Source of the DNA: a virus
DNA: 64,000 nt
Virus record (IMG/VR): IMGVR_UViG_3300031087_000014
Strand: one strand, 5' to 3'
A program made the translations under genes and the position numbers. Below, piece after piece: positions 42,937 to 54,688 of this stretch; the stretch's first letter is position 1, and each line of letters begins with the position of its first letter. The notes below the pieces were generated by a model. The model did no database searches and was not told where the DNA came from. It saw nothing but the letters and a program-made list of their open reading frames with translations.

Positions 42937-43437
42937 TTATCGTAAGATTTTAAGTGCTTCTGGACAGTGAGAGGAGTATAGCATCTTCTGGAGATTACTT
43001 ACAAGCCTCATTTTTCTTTTTGGTGCGAAGAGAAGGTTATCTCTTTGTCGAACATATGTCAAGCTTGCTGATGGCATAAATGTTCTTACAATCACCTGGA
43101 AAACACCATTGTCTACCATCTTACACTCAATTGCAACTGCAAAACACTCAACAAGATTTCCTCGGTACAGTCGATAGAGGATCAGTCCACCGTCTTCGGC
43201 AAAGAATGCTTTATGCATAATCCTTCCCAAGTGAAGATCCACCATCTCCTGCAACATCACCATAATCTTATCAATATCCACATCTATGCGCAAGGATCTA
43301 TCGAAGATTCGATCTGCTACGTGATTCGTGATCACCAGATCCATTTTCAACCCAAACTCTTGCAGATGTTCATTAGCTTTCTCTGCAATGACGGATTTTC
43401 TATCTCGGATAATTCTTCTTGCTTCATAGAGTTTCAT
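42937..43437 (-). CDS. RegB/RelE-fold endoribonuclease candidate
   Basis: LVITNHVADRIFDR resembles T4 RegB LKYSQHLLDRAIQR after a similar N-terminal helix; similar length. Confidence 0.4.
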   Translation of the reverse strand: MKLYEARRIIRDRKSVIAEKANEHLQEFGLKMDLVITNHVADRIFDRSLRIDVDIDKIMVMLQEMVDLHLGRIMHKAFFAEDGGLILYRLYRGNLVECFAVAIECKMVDNGVFQVIVRTFMPSASLTYVRQRDNLLFAPKRKMRLVSNLQKMLYSSHCPEALKILR

Positions 43438-43449
43438 TTTAGGCTCCTG

Positions 43450-44100
43450 TTATGGCTTTGTTTGACTATCCAGTACAGCTTTTAGGCGCAGATATGCCTG
43501 ATGATACTTTTTCATACGCTCAAAGTCTTTCTCTTCCAAACCTTTCAGGCGGCGAACGTCTGTATTATGACGCAAGTCTGCTAGTTTGACACGAACTGCA
43601 TCGATATTTGTTAGCATCCTGTCAATGTACTGGTCATAGCTGATACCTTCCTCATTTGACATTAGTCGAACTCCTTCTATTACACGATCAGAGAAACCCT
43701 TGTCTTTCAGATCTTGTAATGAAACAGGGCAATCGTCGATCAGATCGTGCATTACTGCAATTGTCATTAGCTCCATATCTTCTGTCTTAAGATAGTGCAT
43801 CACCTTTAAAGGGTGTAGAATGTAAGGCTTACCGCCTTTATCTACTTGCTGTATATGGCCTTGTGCTGCTAGCTGGATAGCTAGAGCTAATTGTTGATTT
43901 GGTGATAGTTTGGTCATCTCTTTATCCTTGTTGTAGTAGGTGGCTTCTTCGATATAAACAGTATAGTCTCTACCGTTGTGTTCTACAACCCAAAACCCAT
44001 CTTGTTCGTAATCCGAAAGGATCTTTACGATATCCCCCTTCTTCGGGCCTGATGTACCATAACACCAATCTGACCTCATTTTTACGTGAGTGTATGTCAT
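43450..44100 (-). CDS. HD-domain (p)ppGpp-hydrolase-like (RelA/SpoT/Mesh1) protein with an N-terminal SH3-like extension
   Basis: A..AH..Q.DKGG.PYI.HP..V, AVMHDLIDD, VKLADLRHN; a possible second start is at 43917. Confidence 0.82.
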   Translation of the reverse strand: MTYTHVKMRSDWCYGTSGPKKGDIVKILSDYEQDGFWVVEHNGRDYTVYIEEATYYNKDKEMTKLSPNQQLALAIQLAAQGHIQQVDKGGKPYILHPLKVMHYLKTEDMELMTIAVMHDLIDDCPVSLQDLKDKGFSDRVIEGVRLMSNEEGISYDQYIDRMLTNIDAVRVKLADLRHNTDVRRLKGLEEKDFERMKKYHQAYLRLKAVLDSQTKP

Positions 44101-44102
44101 AA

Positions 44103-47100
44103 TTACTCCTTATTCATAGCCAAGCCAACTCGGAGAAGATGCGAAGCCAGATCAAGGACGGCATCACGATCACTAAATTCCAGCAAAGCTTCGCCGTGCT
44201 TGTCCTTAGCAGTGATCCAGATAAGATCAGTATCACCCTCATTGCCTGTCTCAATAGTCAAGCTGTCACCATATGCATCGGAGAATCTTTCATCCCCTGA
44301 AACAGCAGGCAGAGGTTCATCTTCAACTTGAATGATCTCAAGGTTGAGTCGCATTATGCCAATAAATTTAGGGCCATAGCTTGTCTCCTCAAAGAATACA
44401 TCTAAAGTGGATCGAGGATTGGAAATAACCGTATCAGATATTGTCTTTCCTACTAGCCCGATATAATCAGTGTTCTCAAAGTTGCCTGTGTTGTTTCCAA
44501 CATAACGTACAAGAGTGCCTTTAGGGATGTGTTCGTGTTGCATAATGTCTCCTTATTTAACAAGCAGAGCCTTTGGCCCTGTCTTACGTGCGCCAACTTT
44601 ATCAACGAAGATATTGAACACTGCCTCAGAGGGTGCAGACAGCATATAATACTGAATACTCCCTGGATAAGCCATCTTCTGCTTGATACGAATGTCTAAC
44701 TGTTTAATCTCCGTCTCTCCCCGAACTGCTCCTGCCTTGTTGGAAAAAGACACAGAGAAATCAAAGCTCATTTAGTCCTCCTATTAAAAATTACTGTAGT
44801 ACTCTTGGATAATCTGTTCCAAAGTATGATTCTGGTCTACTTCTACCCAGACACCATTGAAGTCAAAAAGGATCTTATCTGCTTTTGTTGTGTAAAGCAA
44901 GTCCTTTGCTTCTTTTACAGCAGTCAAGAGATCTACTCCCTTGTCTACCTCCACTTGAATTACACCAGTAAAAGCCCTTCTCATCGTTTACTCCCAGATT
45001 TTCCAAAGGATAAGGCATTCCAACCACAATCAAACTCTTGCAAATTTGGGAAGTAACCAAGACGACCCATACGTACAGCCAGAGGACTGAAACCTACTCC
45101 AATAGATCTCTTAATTTTCTTATGCGTGTTTTCAGACAACTTGTTACCCTTACTTAACGAGGAAATCTTTCGACAAAGCAGGATATTACCTTCGCAGGGT
45201 ACGTTCTTGATTCGTTGTGTGTTGCCTTTCATAAAGATACCTCCAATAGTTTAAGAATATCAAGCACTTTAGTGCTACATTCAATGGTGTTGTCGGTCTC
45301 AACATTGCCTGTGATATCCATTAATAGAGAATCACAGTAGGATGCATAATTCTGAGCTAATGTCATAGCAAGGTCACGTTGCTTTTGCAGCGTCTGTCCT
45401 CGCTTCACTTGAGCATTGTATGCCGCTGTCATTTGATCCAACTGCTCTTGCAGAGGGTTTGCAGCTACCAAGGCAGGTTCATCTTCAATGTACATAAGAC
45501 TTCTCCTCTGTTCTAGAGTTAGATTAGGGAATAAGGTGATACCAATCTCTTTTAGAACCTTTATCCGCTCCAATGGCGTCATAGAAGCACCTTTTTAGTT
45601 TCATCAGACGCATCATCCCATAAAGAGATAACCTTGTCCAAAGCATCTACGATCTCTTTTGTTAGATTGAATTCTTTGTATGACTTCCACCAGCTTTTAA
45701 CTTCACCGACACAGTGTAACACCTTGATCGGTTGATCGAGCATCACGTTATTGTCAAGATCCTCCTCAAAGGATGCAATCCAATATTCATTCTCAAGGTT
45801 TACACGGATAATTACACCGTTTCCTTCGGAGGTCTGGGTGATGTTCTTGGTGCAAGTCATTACGGTCATTCTTAATCCTTAAAGTTGATAACTGGACAAA
45901 CTCTTTGCTTCTTAGCTTGAATGTAAGATACCAAAACACTTGGCTCTTTGTCAACGCTGTAGTTAGAAATCTTTCCTCGGGTGAAGTTGTAGAATGCAAC
46001 AGCAAACCAGCCTACTGCAAAGAATACGATAGTAATACCTATGCCTACGCTCCAGCACTTCACAGCTACAATCCAATCCCACAAAGCACCATCTGGTGTA
46101 TGGGTGGCAATACCACCTATCATAAGAGGAAGAAGGCCCACAATACAGACAGCACAGAGCAATAGGATTGCAGGGCCGATGATGTAAAGGAACAGACTAC
46201 AGAATACCACCTGCCAAAAGTAGAGACACAAACTACGTGCTGGCTGACGGTTCATATTTTTAATTGTACGGTAATGCCAAGAGTTTTTAGAGATATTCAT
46301 TTTGGTTCCTCCAAGTCTTTGATGTTAATAAATAATTCGTTCAGGGGTACTGTTGCCTCATTTCCAGAAGGATAACTTCCTCGGCAGATCTTAAGTTTTC
46401 CCTTGTCATCGCTGTGGAAATTAATCGTGTCGGGCCAGCGGTGATGTTCCAGTTTTTCAAATGGAAGCCATTCGGTAGGCTTTTCATTTCCGTTGATCCA
46501 AGTAAAGCCCTGATCCTCTAGCAGTTCAAGTGCAAACACCATATCTTCTTTAGAGTGACAAGTAATCTTTTGTCCTGCTTTCAGTGTGATCATTATTCCT
46601 CCACACAATCGGTTAAACGGAAGTACACTCCACGGTTTTGATCTTCAATATAATAGCGCATATCGAACTTAGGGCGCATTTTCATTACGATCCCGTTTTG
46701 TTCTATAGAGAACACATCAGTGCTTCGATCCCAACGGTTCATTGGAGGCGTCTCTAGCACCTTGCCGTCAACGTCAACAGCAAAAGAGTTACCGTAGTCT
46801 GTCACCGTTGCTCCCTTCTCAGAGAAGGTTGTAGGAGTGTTTCCTGACACCTTAATGTCACACTTCCAGTAAGTTGTAGCAGCAGAGGCCTGGGCTGCAA
46901 GCAAAACACCTAACGCCAGTACTACACCTTTAATCATTTTCATTCTTTACCTCCTCGTTGTGGATTTTATTCGCTCGTTTCATCGCGCTCTTCAATGTAG
47001 AGAAGCTTACCTTCTTACCCTTATTGCTGTCAAGAAGAATCAAGCCGTCTTTTACACAAATTATTTTGTAGAGAGAGTCAAAGGGTAAACCCACAACATC

Positions 47101-47322
47101 TCCACCTGTATCTGTGTAGTGAGTGATTCCACGCTGGTCAAAGTAGTCACGGCAATCTTGATGAAAGCTACTCGTGATCTTGGCATTGGTAGTAGCACGG
47201 TAGTAGAAGGGAGTCCAATCTACAAAAGATCCGCACGGACAGCCGTGAACCCCGCAGGTTTGCTTCTTAAACGAAGCTTTGTGACCACAACAAGAAAATT
47301 CTATAGTGATAGTTGGTTGCAT
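44103..47322 (-). CDS. cluster of small hypothetical proteins, including a membrane protein (45872-46300) and a secreted protein (46593-46943)
   Basis: Coupled ORFs with RBSs. Confidence 0.6.
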
Positions 47323-47348
47323 ACATCCTCCTCAGTTATTGAGACTGA

Positions 47349-47397
47349 ATATTAGCAGTATCTTGGGTTGACTGCAAGCCCTAAGTTGGTGTAGAAT
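47349..47397. promoter_or_regulatory. overlapping divergent sigma70 promoters at the strand switch
   Basis: + TTGACT-18-TAGAAT; - TTGCAG-17-TAATAT. Confidence 0.7.
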
Positions 47398-47671
47398 GAG
47401 ACCTCAATCAATAAGGAGAAACACAATGAAGTTAACTTGCACCAAAGTAGTAAACGTCCCTTTCACAGAAGGCAAGAAGTATGCAGCTAAAGTAGAAGGT
47501 AAAGAGATCACCATTATTGGTGATGATGGTTACGAGTGGCTTGTAGAGCCTTATCTCGGGAACTATGCGATCCTGGTGGGAGGTATGAACTTCCAAAACA
47601 TCCGTGTCGTGGCTAAATTCAAGGAAGATGTTGCTCCACAAAAACACTTAGTAATTAAATCATAATACGCA

Positions 47672-47890
47672 TTGACAAGTTGAAAAATATATGCTAAGCT
47701 AAACACTAAGTTGCGAGCGATAGCGAGTAGGGATTATCTCTATTCGTTATCCTCATTCTATATGTTACATAAGGAGTAGATCCCGAAGGGAGATACGACG
47801 ATATGTAACATCTCTTCTATACCTCTTATCTCTATTTCATATCTCTTCTACATTCCCTATTGACACTCTGATCTACTTGTTATACTCTCC
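47672..47890 (+). other. promoter-flanked non-coding structured element (origin/ssi or sRNA candidate)
   Basis: TTGACA-17-TAAGCT promoter, tandem-GA hairpins, ATGTTACATA/TATGTAACAT stem, CT-rich repeats, then a second promoter. Confidence 0.5.
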
Positions 47891-47921
47891 TATCTCACCC
47901 ACTAATAACTAAGGAGTAATA

Positions 47922-50900
47922 ATGTTCTTTGAATTTATGCAGTACGCCTTTGTATGGCACTCTTCACAGTTTTATGCTATGTTAGCTGTAGGCGTTATCT
48001 CAGGATTAATCTTCGCTCGTAAGCGTAAGAAGAAATCAGGAATGATCTTGTTAAACATTATCCTCTGGGTTATGCTTATCTACCCTCTGATGTGCAGCAC
48101 TAACTATATGCGTTACCACGCTGGAGTACAGGCTTGTAATACTCACCAAGAGTATGTTATGATCCGTGGTATCTGCTATGCACCTACAGACGGTTATGTA
48201 CCGTATTACACTCAGCAGATCAACAAAGAAGTTGGTGATGCTGTTAAAGACACCTCTAAGAAATAAGGAGACAATATGAAAGCTACTGTGATTCTAGATC
48301 GTATGCACTTAGGTAACGAAGGCAAAGAGGTTGAGGTTGTTGCTGAAATACCTGCTTATGCTCAGATCTACTTCCTTGAGCCTGGTGGTAATGTCAAAGT
48401 TACACGTACAGTACGCTCGGTCTATTTGGTTAAGGGCATTGATCGTATGCAGCGATCTAACAAAGAAGGTACATTCACAGTACCTGTTACTTTCCGGTAT
48501 GAGGATCACTTTGGTAGCGATCTTATGTCGGCTGATGAAATCGAAATTAAGGAGTAAGATATGGTAGAAATTCCAGAAGTAGGATCAATTTGGGATGCAA
48601 AATCCGAAGAAGATAGTGTTACTGTCCTTTCAACAGGGTTTGGTACTGTAAGTTACAAGTGGAACGGAGAAGACGGGGGTCGTCAGTTTAACTTCTCAAT
48701 GAGCTACGCTAACTTCCTATCTGATTTTACTCTTCGCAAAGAAGAGAAGTTGGAAGAAGTCACCGAAGCGATGTATCGGTACGAGAATTCCCCTGTCTCT
48801 GAAACCAGACTGTTCGCTATCGACTCGAAAGAGTATGAGCAAGTGTTGGTACTCACTGAACATAAGGAAGGCGGTAAGTCAAAGAGCGCACATCTGCTTA
48901 AACTTGATGTAGAGGATGCTTTAGATCTTGCTGCGGATCTTACTCGTATGGCGATGCAAGTAAAACGCAGGAACGCAGTATGAGTGTTCATTGGAAAGTT
49001 GGGGATACCCTGATCTGTGTGGATAATGAGAATGCAGAGCATAACCTTAATCTGGGTAGCGAGTATCCAATCTCTAGCTTTTGGGCCAGGGGTGAACCTC
49101 GGGTATTAGTTAGGGGTAAAGAGTTGGGATATATGGCTAGCCGCTTTAAGCTAAAAACTCCAGCTAAGGATACAGTCCAATACCGCGATGAAACCTCGGA
49201 TAGTGAGGATGTTACGATGGAACTCCTACTGAGTAAGGATCTGGATGGTATCCTCCTGCGATTTATTGGGCGGCGTGACGGCGATGTTATTGGGTCATCC
49301 TCGTTCAACTTGGACAGGGATACTGCTATTGACCTTGCAAAAGAACTTTTAGCTTTTTCCCAAAAGATTTAATTGACGTAGCACAAGGATGTGCTAAGAT
49401 GTGTGTATTGAAACCGAGGAGATAGATATGAGCCAGAGAAGCAGCGAACGTCCTAAGTATGTGCCTAGTGTTACCCCACGTTATACAGACGAGCAGATCA
49501 GTATGTACAAGATCTACGAGGTTGTGTTGTGCCGTGGCATTCAGGCTACCATTCGTGATATATACGTTCGGATCTTCCGTTACGTTGACGAAGATGGCGA
49601 AGAGCAGTTTGGTAAGTATCTGTCGTTCCGTATGCACGAGAAAGAGTGGCAAGCTGTTGATGTTACTTTCGAAGAGATCGAAAAACTGAAAGGAGATCTT
49701 AACTTTGAATCAAGTCCAAAGTACAAGAAGCCCAAAGCATAAAGTGGGCGATTGGGTAAGAGATTCTTACTCAGGCAAAACAGGCCGGATCAGTGCTATG
49801 CACCTTTCGGATACCGATGTAGACAACTTACCTAATCCTACTTGGTACTACAGTATTGATAGGATTGGTTGGTTATATTCCCCAGAAGATGATTTGGAGG
49901 CATTATGAATAAAGTAGAATCAGTAAGCCATAAAGATATTGGTCGTATCATCCGTGTGATGAACTATCGGGAAGGTGCAGATCCTATCCCTGGAACAGAG
50001 GACTTACTTCTTGTAGTAGGTGTTGACGATCTAGGACGGCTACAGTTTAAGCACGTCGAAGGGGTTTACCGTGGCTGTACTGTAGACAAGCTGGCAATCA
50101 ACGAGGATTCTACTCACATTGTGTGGGAAGGTGGACTCCTGACATATGCAGCAATCCTGCAACAGCGCTTTGCTGATGCCGCTGCCTTTGCTCAGTCTGA
50201 GATCAGTATGGAGTTTGTCGATAAGACAGACACTGAGTGGGCCTTGCAGGGTTACGGTGAACTTTTCTATATGGAGGATGGTGAGATTTACTCGTATGAT
50301 CGTGCCGGATTAGTCGAGTCGGATGAAAATTATCACAAATATTATGTTGACAACGGCTGTGGTGACGAGTACTATGTTGTTTTCGCACTGAAACATAAAA
50401 AAGACTCACTTGATGACGAATATTATTAAGCCTGTATCCTGCCGTCAGGCAGGGTATGACCTGAATAAGAAGCCTCTGTGGGTAGTGATCTTATCTGATG
50501 GTACGGATCTTTCTTGGGTGGAGGGTGATAAGTTTGTTATGAAAGCCCACTCGGAAGAAGTACACGGTAAGATGAAACATTATCGACAGAAAACCTCTTG
50601 CTCAAAGTATCTTACTCTGGTAAAGTATGCTGTGAACAAGAACAAACAACCTAAATGTTAAGGAGAAATATATGATGAACGATAGCCTGTCTGCAATTTT
50701 AGCTTCTGCACTGTCCACAAACCTGATCAAGTTCAGCGAAACGGGTGGTAAATCCTCTCTGTACAACGTTACAGTGGGTAAAGAGTATAAGGTGCTACGT
50801 TTCCTTACCCCAGGGGATCGAACCATCAACAGCGACCCTGTGGACTCCTACGGTGTAGAGTTTTACAATGACGTGGATAAAGTGGTATGTGTCGATCTTC

Positions 50901-51358
50901 TGGACGGTAAAGCTAAGTGGGTGATCCATAACGTCGAAAGCGGTGACACTATCACATCAGAAGATGGTGAGAAACAGGTAGCAAGCGAAGATGCTGTTTC
51001 AGCTATGCTGGATATTGTAGGAGAGATTGTCCGTGCCTCGGGTGATGTTGAGATTCAGCAGATGCACGATGAAACTGTTCTGGCAGTGAAAGGTATGAAT
51101 ATGGAAGAGGCTCAGGCTTACTTTATGGGTAAGCTGGCTGAAATTCTTTCTGAGCAAGAAGCGTCTATTTCCCCTGGTGATAAAGTACGTGTAACTAGAT
51201 CCGATGGATTAGGATATATGTTCTACAATGTAGGTGAAGTATATACGGTGGCACGAGTAGATGCAGAAGGTAATTTCACTCTTAAAGACACTATGACCGA
51301 TCTCTACGATCAACCGATCCCTATGGAAGGTCTTCTCTGGTCTTTTGAAAAGGTGTGA
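47922..51358 (+). CDS. cluster of hypothetical proteins (membrane protein 47922-48266; family B paralogues 48561-48983 and 48980-49372)
   Basis: AAGGAG RBSs, coupled ORFs. Confidence 0.6.
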
Positions 51359-51702
51359 CGATGGAAGTATTGAATTACTACAAATGTGGTAAGACGATAC
51401 CAGATGGCGCGGTGTATATTGGAAGAGGACAGCCCCAATCGGGGCTTCCTCATTCTAAGTTTGCCAATCCTTTTAAAATCACTACGTCAGACACAAGAGA
51501 AATAGTGGTTGAGAAGTATAAAAAGTGGTTGTGGGAACAAATCAAGTCTGGTAGGATTACTCTTGAAGACTTACTTGAGTTGGAAAATAAAAATCTCGTC
51601 TGCTTTTGTTCCCCTGCTTCTTGTCACGGAGATGTGCTTGTGGCAGCAGTGAAATGGGCTAGACAAAAATATAATAGTGTCCACGGACACTGGAACTGGT
51701 AA
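51355..51702 (+). CDS. DUF4326 protein
   Basis: YIGRG...SKFANPF, Y..WL, L.CFC.P..CHGDVL. Confidence 0.85.
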   Translation: MTMEVLNYYKCGKTIPDGAVYIGRGQPQSGLPHSKFANPFKITTSDTREIVVEKYKKWLWEQIKSGRITLEDLLELENKNLVCFCSPASCHGDVLVAAVKWARQKYNSVHGHWNW

Positions 51703-51712
51703 AGGAGAAACT

Positions 51713-52069
51713 ATGAGCGTAGATATTTTTGATTGTTTGATCGGACAGACACTGACAAAAGCATTCACTTCCAATGACGACGAGAATGAAGCTTTGCTTC
51801 TTGTTCGTGAAGAAGGCGGTACAGTGCGGTTTATGCATCATCAGGATTGCTGTGAGTCTGTTTACATCGAAGACATTGAAGGCGATCTGGATGACTTAGT
51901 GGGATCTCCGATCCTGCAAGCAGAAGAAGTTACAGAAGACAACGAAGAGGCTGAATGTGGTATGTGGACTTTCTATAAGTTTGCAACCGCGAAAGGTCGT
52001 GTCACTGTTCGATTCTACGGATCAAGCAATGGCTATTACGGTGTTGGCGTATCTATGAGTATCCTCTAA
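51713..52069 (+). CDS. conserved phage protein (HQDCCE / SNGYY motifs)
   Basis: HHQDCCESVYIEDI.GDL, WTFYK, GSSNGYY. Confidence 0.7.
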   Translation: MSVDIFDCLIGQTLTKAFTSNDDENEALLLVREEGGTVRFMHHQDCCESVYIEDIEGDLDDLVGSPILQAEEVTEDNEEAECGMWTFYKFATAKGRVTVRFYGSSNGYYGVGVSMSIL

Positions 52070-52207
52070 TGACTACTCAAGAGAAGAAGCTGGCAAAGGC
52101 TTACATCAAAGTTAGGATGAAAGCAAAGGCAGCAAACGATAACGAGGGTGGCGATCATCAACGCGCCGCTACTCGTCGGTGGTGTTAATTTAGAATAAGG
52201 AGTAAGT

Positions 52208-52534
52208 ATGAAATATTTATCCGAATCAGTGATCTCTAAGATGGACATTAAACGCTTAGGCGCACTACGCCGATCTATTCTGGCCCACATTAATCGTTGT
52301 GAGCGGGATGGCTACTGGTGCTGTGACCGAAAGTGCGAATATGTGAAGGACGAAAACCATACTTACCCAGGAAAAGATACAGACTATGCTTATCGTGACT
52401 TGGTGAATAAGTATTATGACCGCCAAAGTGATGCTCTTGTCGCTCTTGTTAAAATGTCTCAAGAAGACTTTAAGCAGGGGCGAAGTATGCCAGCAAGAGA
52501 GGCACTTGCCCGAATGAGGGCAGCACGAACCTAA
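52208..52534 (+). CDS. hypothetical protein with an antitoxin-like C-terminal tail
   Basis: AAGGAG RBS; ends ALVKMSQEDFKQGRSMPAREALARMRA. Confidence 0.6.
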   Translation: MKYLSESVISKMDIKRLGALRRSILAHINRCERDGYWCCDRKCEYVKDENHTYPGKDTDYAYRDLVNKYYDRQSDALVALVKMSQEDFKQGRSMPAREALARMRAART

Positions 52535-52638
52535 GCATTGTCCTAATGATCAATCATTGATTGACTAAAACCTGCTATTGGGGTATAATGAAGGAATACC
52601 CCTTTAGTGGGATCTTACCTTTTATAAGGAATATCTTA

Positions 52639-54450
52639 ATGGTAATTTTCGGACAACCTTATGGTGGTAGCAATAATGGAAGCACAACGCCTCCAGACGT
52701 AAGCGATCAAATCGCTGCTTATATTGCTGCACATCCTTTCTATCGCACATTCAAGTCTTGGGCAGAGCTTAAAGCAGCCAAACCAACGGCAACAGGTGAG
52801 CGAGTATTTCTTTCCTCTTATAACGCAGTGACTGACGGAAGTTTCCACGGAAGCGGTTGGTTTACTGGTAGCCTTGCAGGTAAAATTGCAGATGATGGCG
52901 GTGTACACGCTGCTGATAGCGGTAAGACTTATTTCTGGCTGCGTGAGAAAGAATACGACAAGTTAGACGTTACAGACTTTGGTGCTATGCCTGGTGCTAC
53001 AGTTGATGCTCAACCCGCTATCCAGCGAATGAATGCCTTCTCTAATACATACCTGTCTACCCTCGGAATCCGTTTCCCTGCTGGTAGTTTCCTTGTATCT
53101 GGTTGGGATTACTCTGCAACATACGTATCTAAATTCAAACTGGCTGGCCCAGATGTTGAGCTAGGATATATGGCAGTGACCACACTAGTACTTGACGGTA
53201 GCGCAGACTATGCATTTAAAGTGCAAGCACGTTATACCGAGATCACAGGCATCCTAGTTTATGGGCAATATGATAAGAAAGTCAATACAATGGGCTTCTT
53301 TAGAAATATTTGTTCTGCTGGTCAGTACGCTCGTATCAAATGTGTTCGCTTCTCATATATGGGAGGTAAGAGCCTAAGCCTGATCGATACCTTGGACACC
53401 AAGATTGATCAATTCTACAGTAGTTATACGTATGATAGCGTCCTAGATGTTACTTACGACAACGCAACTGTGGGGAACTGGGATCACTCAACAGCACTAG
53501 AGCTAAGTAACTTCAACCTGCAACACGGTTTTGGTAACGCAAGTATCTATGCACCAAGAGCGACACAGTGTTTCATCTACAATGGATGGATCGAGCATAC
53601 AGTACACGCTGGTGATTTGTCTAATGGACAATGGCTGATTGATGGACTCGACCTTGAGAATATTGATACTCCGTTTGATCTGACCTATTGCCGTGCATCT
53701 CTGCGTGGTATCAACCTGATTAACGCAAGCTTCAACAGAAGCAATGCAGCAATCAGTATGTGGTCTTCTGGTTATGATCAAGGAAACCGCCAAGACGAGG
53801 CATTCGGTAGCGTTATCAACGGTACAATGAAAGCTAAGTGGTACACTGGTGCTCTCCGTGGTACAAACAATGCCAACGCTAGTATGTGGCTAAACTTAGG
53901 TAGCTTCTATACCCCTAATAACGGCGGTATTTGGGAGATTGAGATCATTTCTCGCCTAAGCTATAACTCGGTGGGTAGCGGAAACTATCCTGTAACAGCC
54001 GACAGATCACCTGGTAAGACTATTATCAACATCCAACGTGGTGCTGGTAACGTCCCTATTGTGACAATGTATCACTTCGGTGCTACTGGTGTTACTGCGG
54101 CTCAGTATGCAAACCAGCAATACAATGAAACATTACCTTCACTGTGGGTTCAGTTTGGCCCTTACACTGGTGAATACGTCATTAACGTTAAGAGTACGTC
54201 TCCTACACGTTTCGATCAAGGTCAATGCGCATTGTTTACTGTTAGTGGTGCTACTCAGACTGCTTCTCCTGGCTTAAACGCTGTGACTCCTCGTATGTCT
54301 CTACATAACGGTAGCGCAGGTGTTGGTGCTCAGGGTAACTTACTTGCAGTTAGCACTGCAACAGGTACACCAACAACTCCAGGCACTGCTTCAACGCATA
54401 TGCAGGTGGTTGTCAACGGAACTGTTTACTTCGTTCCATTGTTCCTGTAA
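52639..54450 (+). CDS. AmsF/WceF-like exopolysaccharide depolymerase (tailspike beta-helix)
   Basis: VTDFGA..G..DAQPAIQ...IRFPAG.F beta-helix start; GNWDHSTALELSNFN, RATQ..I.NGWIEH...GDLSNGQW; own promoter TTGACT-17-TATAAT and terminator. Confidence 0.75.
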   Translation: MVIFGQPYGGSNNGSTTPPDVSDQIAAYIAAHPFYRTFKSWAELKAAKPTATGERVFLSSYNAVTDGSFHGSGWFTGSLAGKIADDGGVHAADSGKTYFWLREKEYDKLDVTDFGAMPGATVDAQPAIQRMNAFSNTYLSTLGIRFPAGSFLVSGWDYSATYVSKFKLAGPDVELGYMAVTTLVLDGSADYAFKVQARYTEITGILVYGQYDKKVNTMGFFRNICSAGQYARIKCVRFSYMGGKSLSLIDTLDTKIDQFYSSYTYDSVLDVTYDNATVGNWDHSTALELSNFNLQHGFGNASIYAPRATQCFIYNGWIEHTVHAGDLSNGQWLIDGLDLENIDTPFDLTYCRASLRGINLINASFNRSNAAISMWSSGYDQGNRQDEAFGSVINGTMKAKWYTGALRGTNNANASMWLNLGSFYTPNNGGIWEIEIISRLSYNSVGSGNYPVTADRSPGKTIINIQRGAGNVPIVTMYHFGATGVTAAQYANQQYNETLPSLWVQFGPYTGEYVINVKSTSPTRFDQGQCALFTVSGATQTASPGLNAVTPRMSLHNGSAGVGAQGNLLAVSTATGTPTTPGTASTHMQVVVNGTVYFVPLFL

Positions 54451-54456
54451 TATTCA

Positions 54457-54490
54457 AATCCCCTTCTCTTCGGAGTTGGGGATTTTTTAT
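54457..54490 (+). terminator. rho-independent terminator
   Basis: ATCCCC..CTC-TTCG-GAG..GGGGAT plus T-run. Confidence 0.8.
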
Positions 54491-54505
54491 TGCCTATAGG
54501 AGGAA

Positions 54506-54682
54506 ATGATGATAGATTTAATTGACACATACGGCGAAGGAAACTCAATCAAGGCATACATCCAGCCTAGTGAGGTGGAGTTAATAGCCGAGTGGGCGGG
54601 AGATATTTATGGAGAAGGGATGTTGACATTAAACCGAGACCAAGCTATCCTACTTGCAGAATCAATAATCGACAATATGTGA
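54506..54682 (+). CDS. small protein (58 aa), stand-alone family B domain; absent from the ORF track
   Basis: GGAGG RBS; ends LTLNRDQAILLAESIIDNM. Confidence 0.6.
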   Translation: MMIDLIDTYGEGNSIKAYIQPSEVELIAEWAGDIYGEGMLTLNRDQAILLAESIIDNM

Positions 54683-54688
54683 GGAAAA

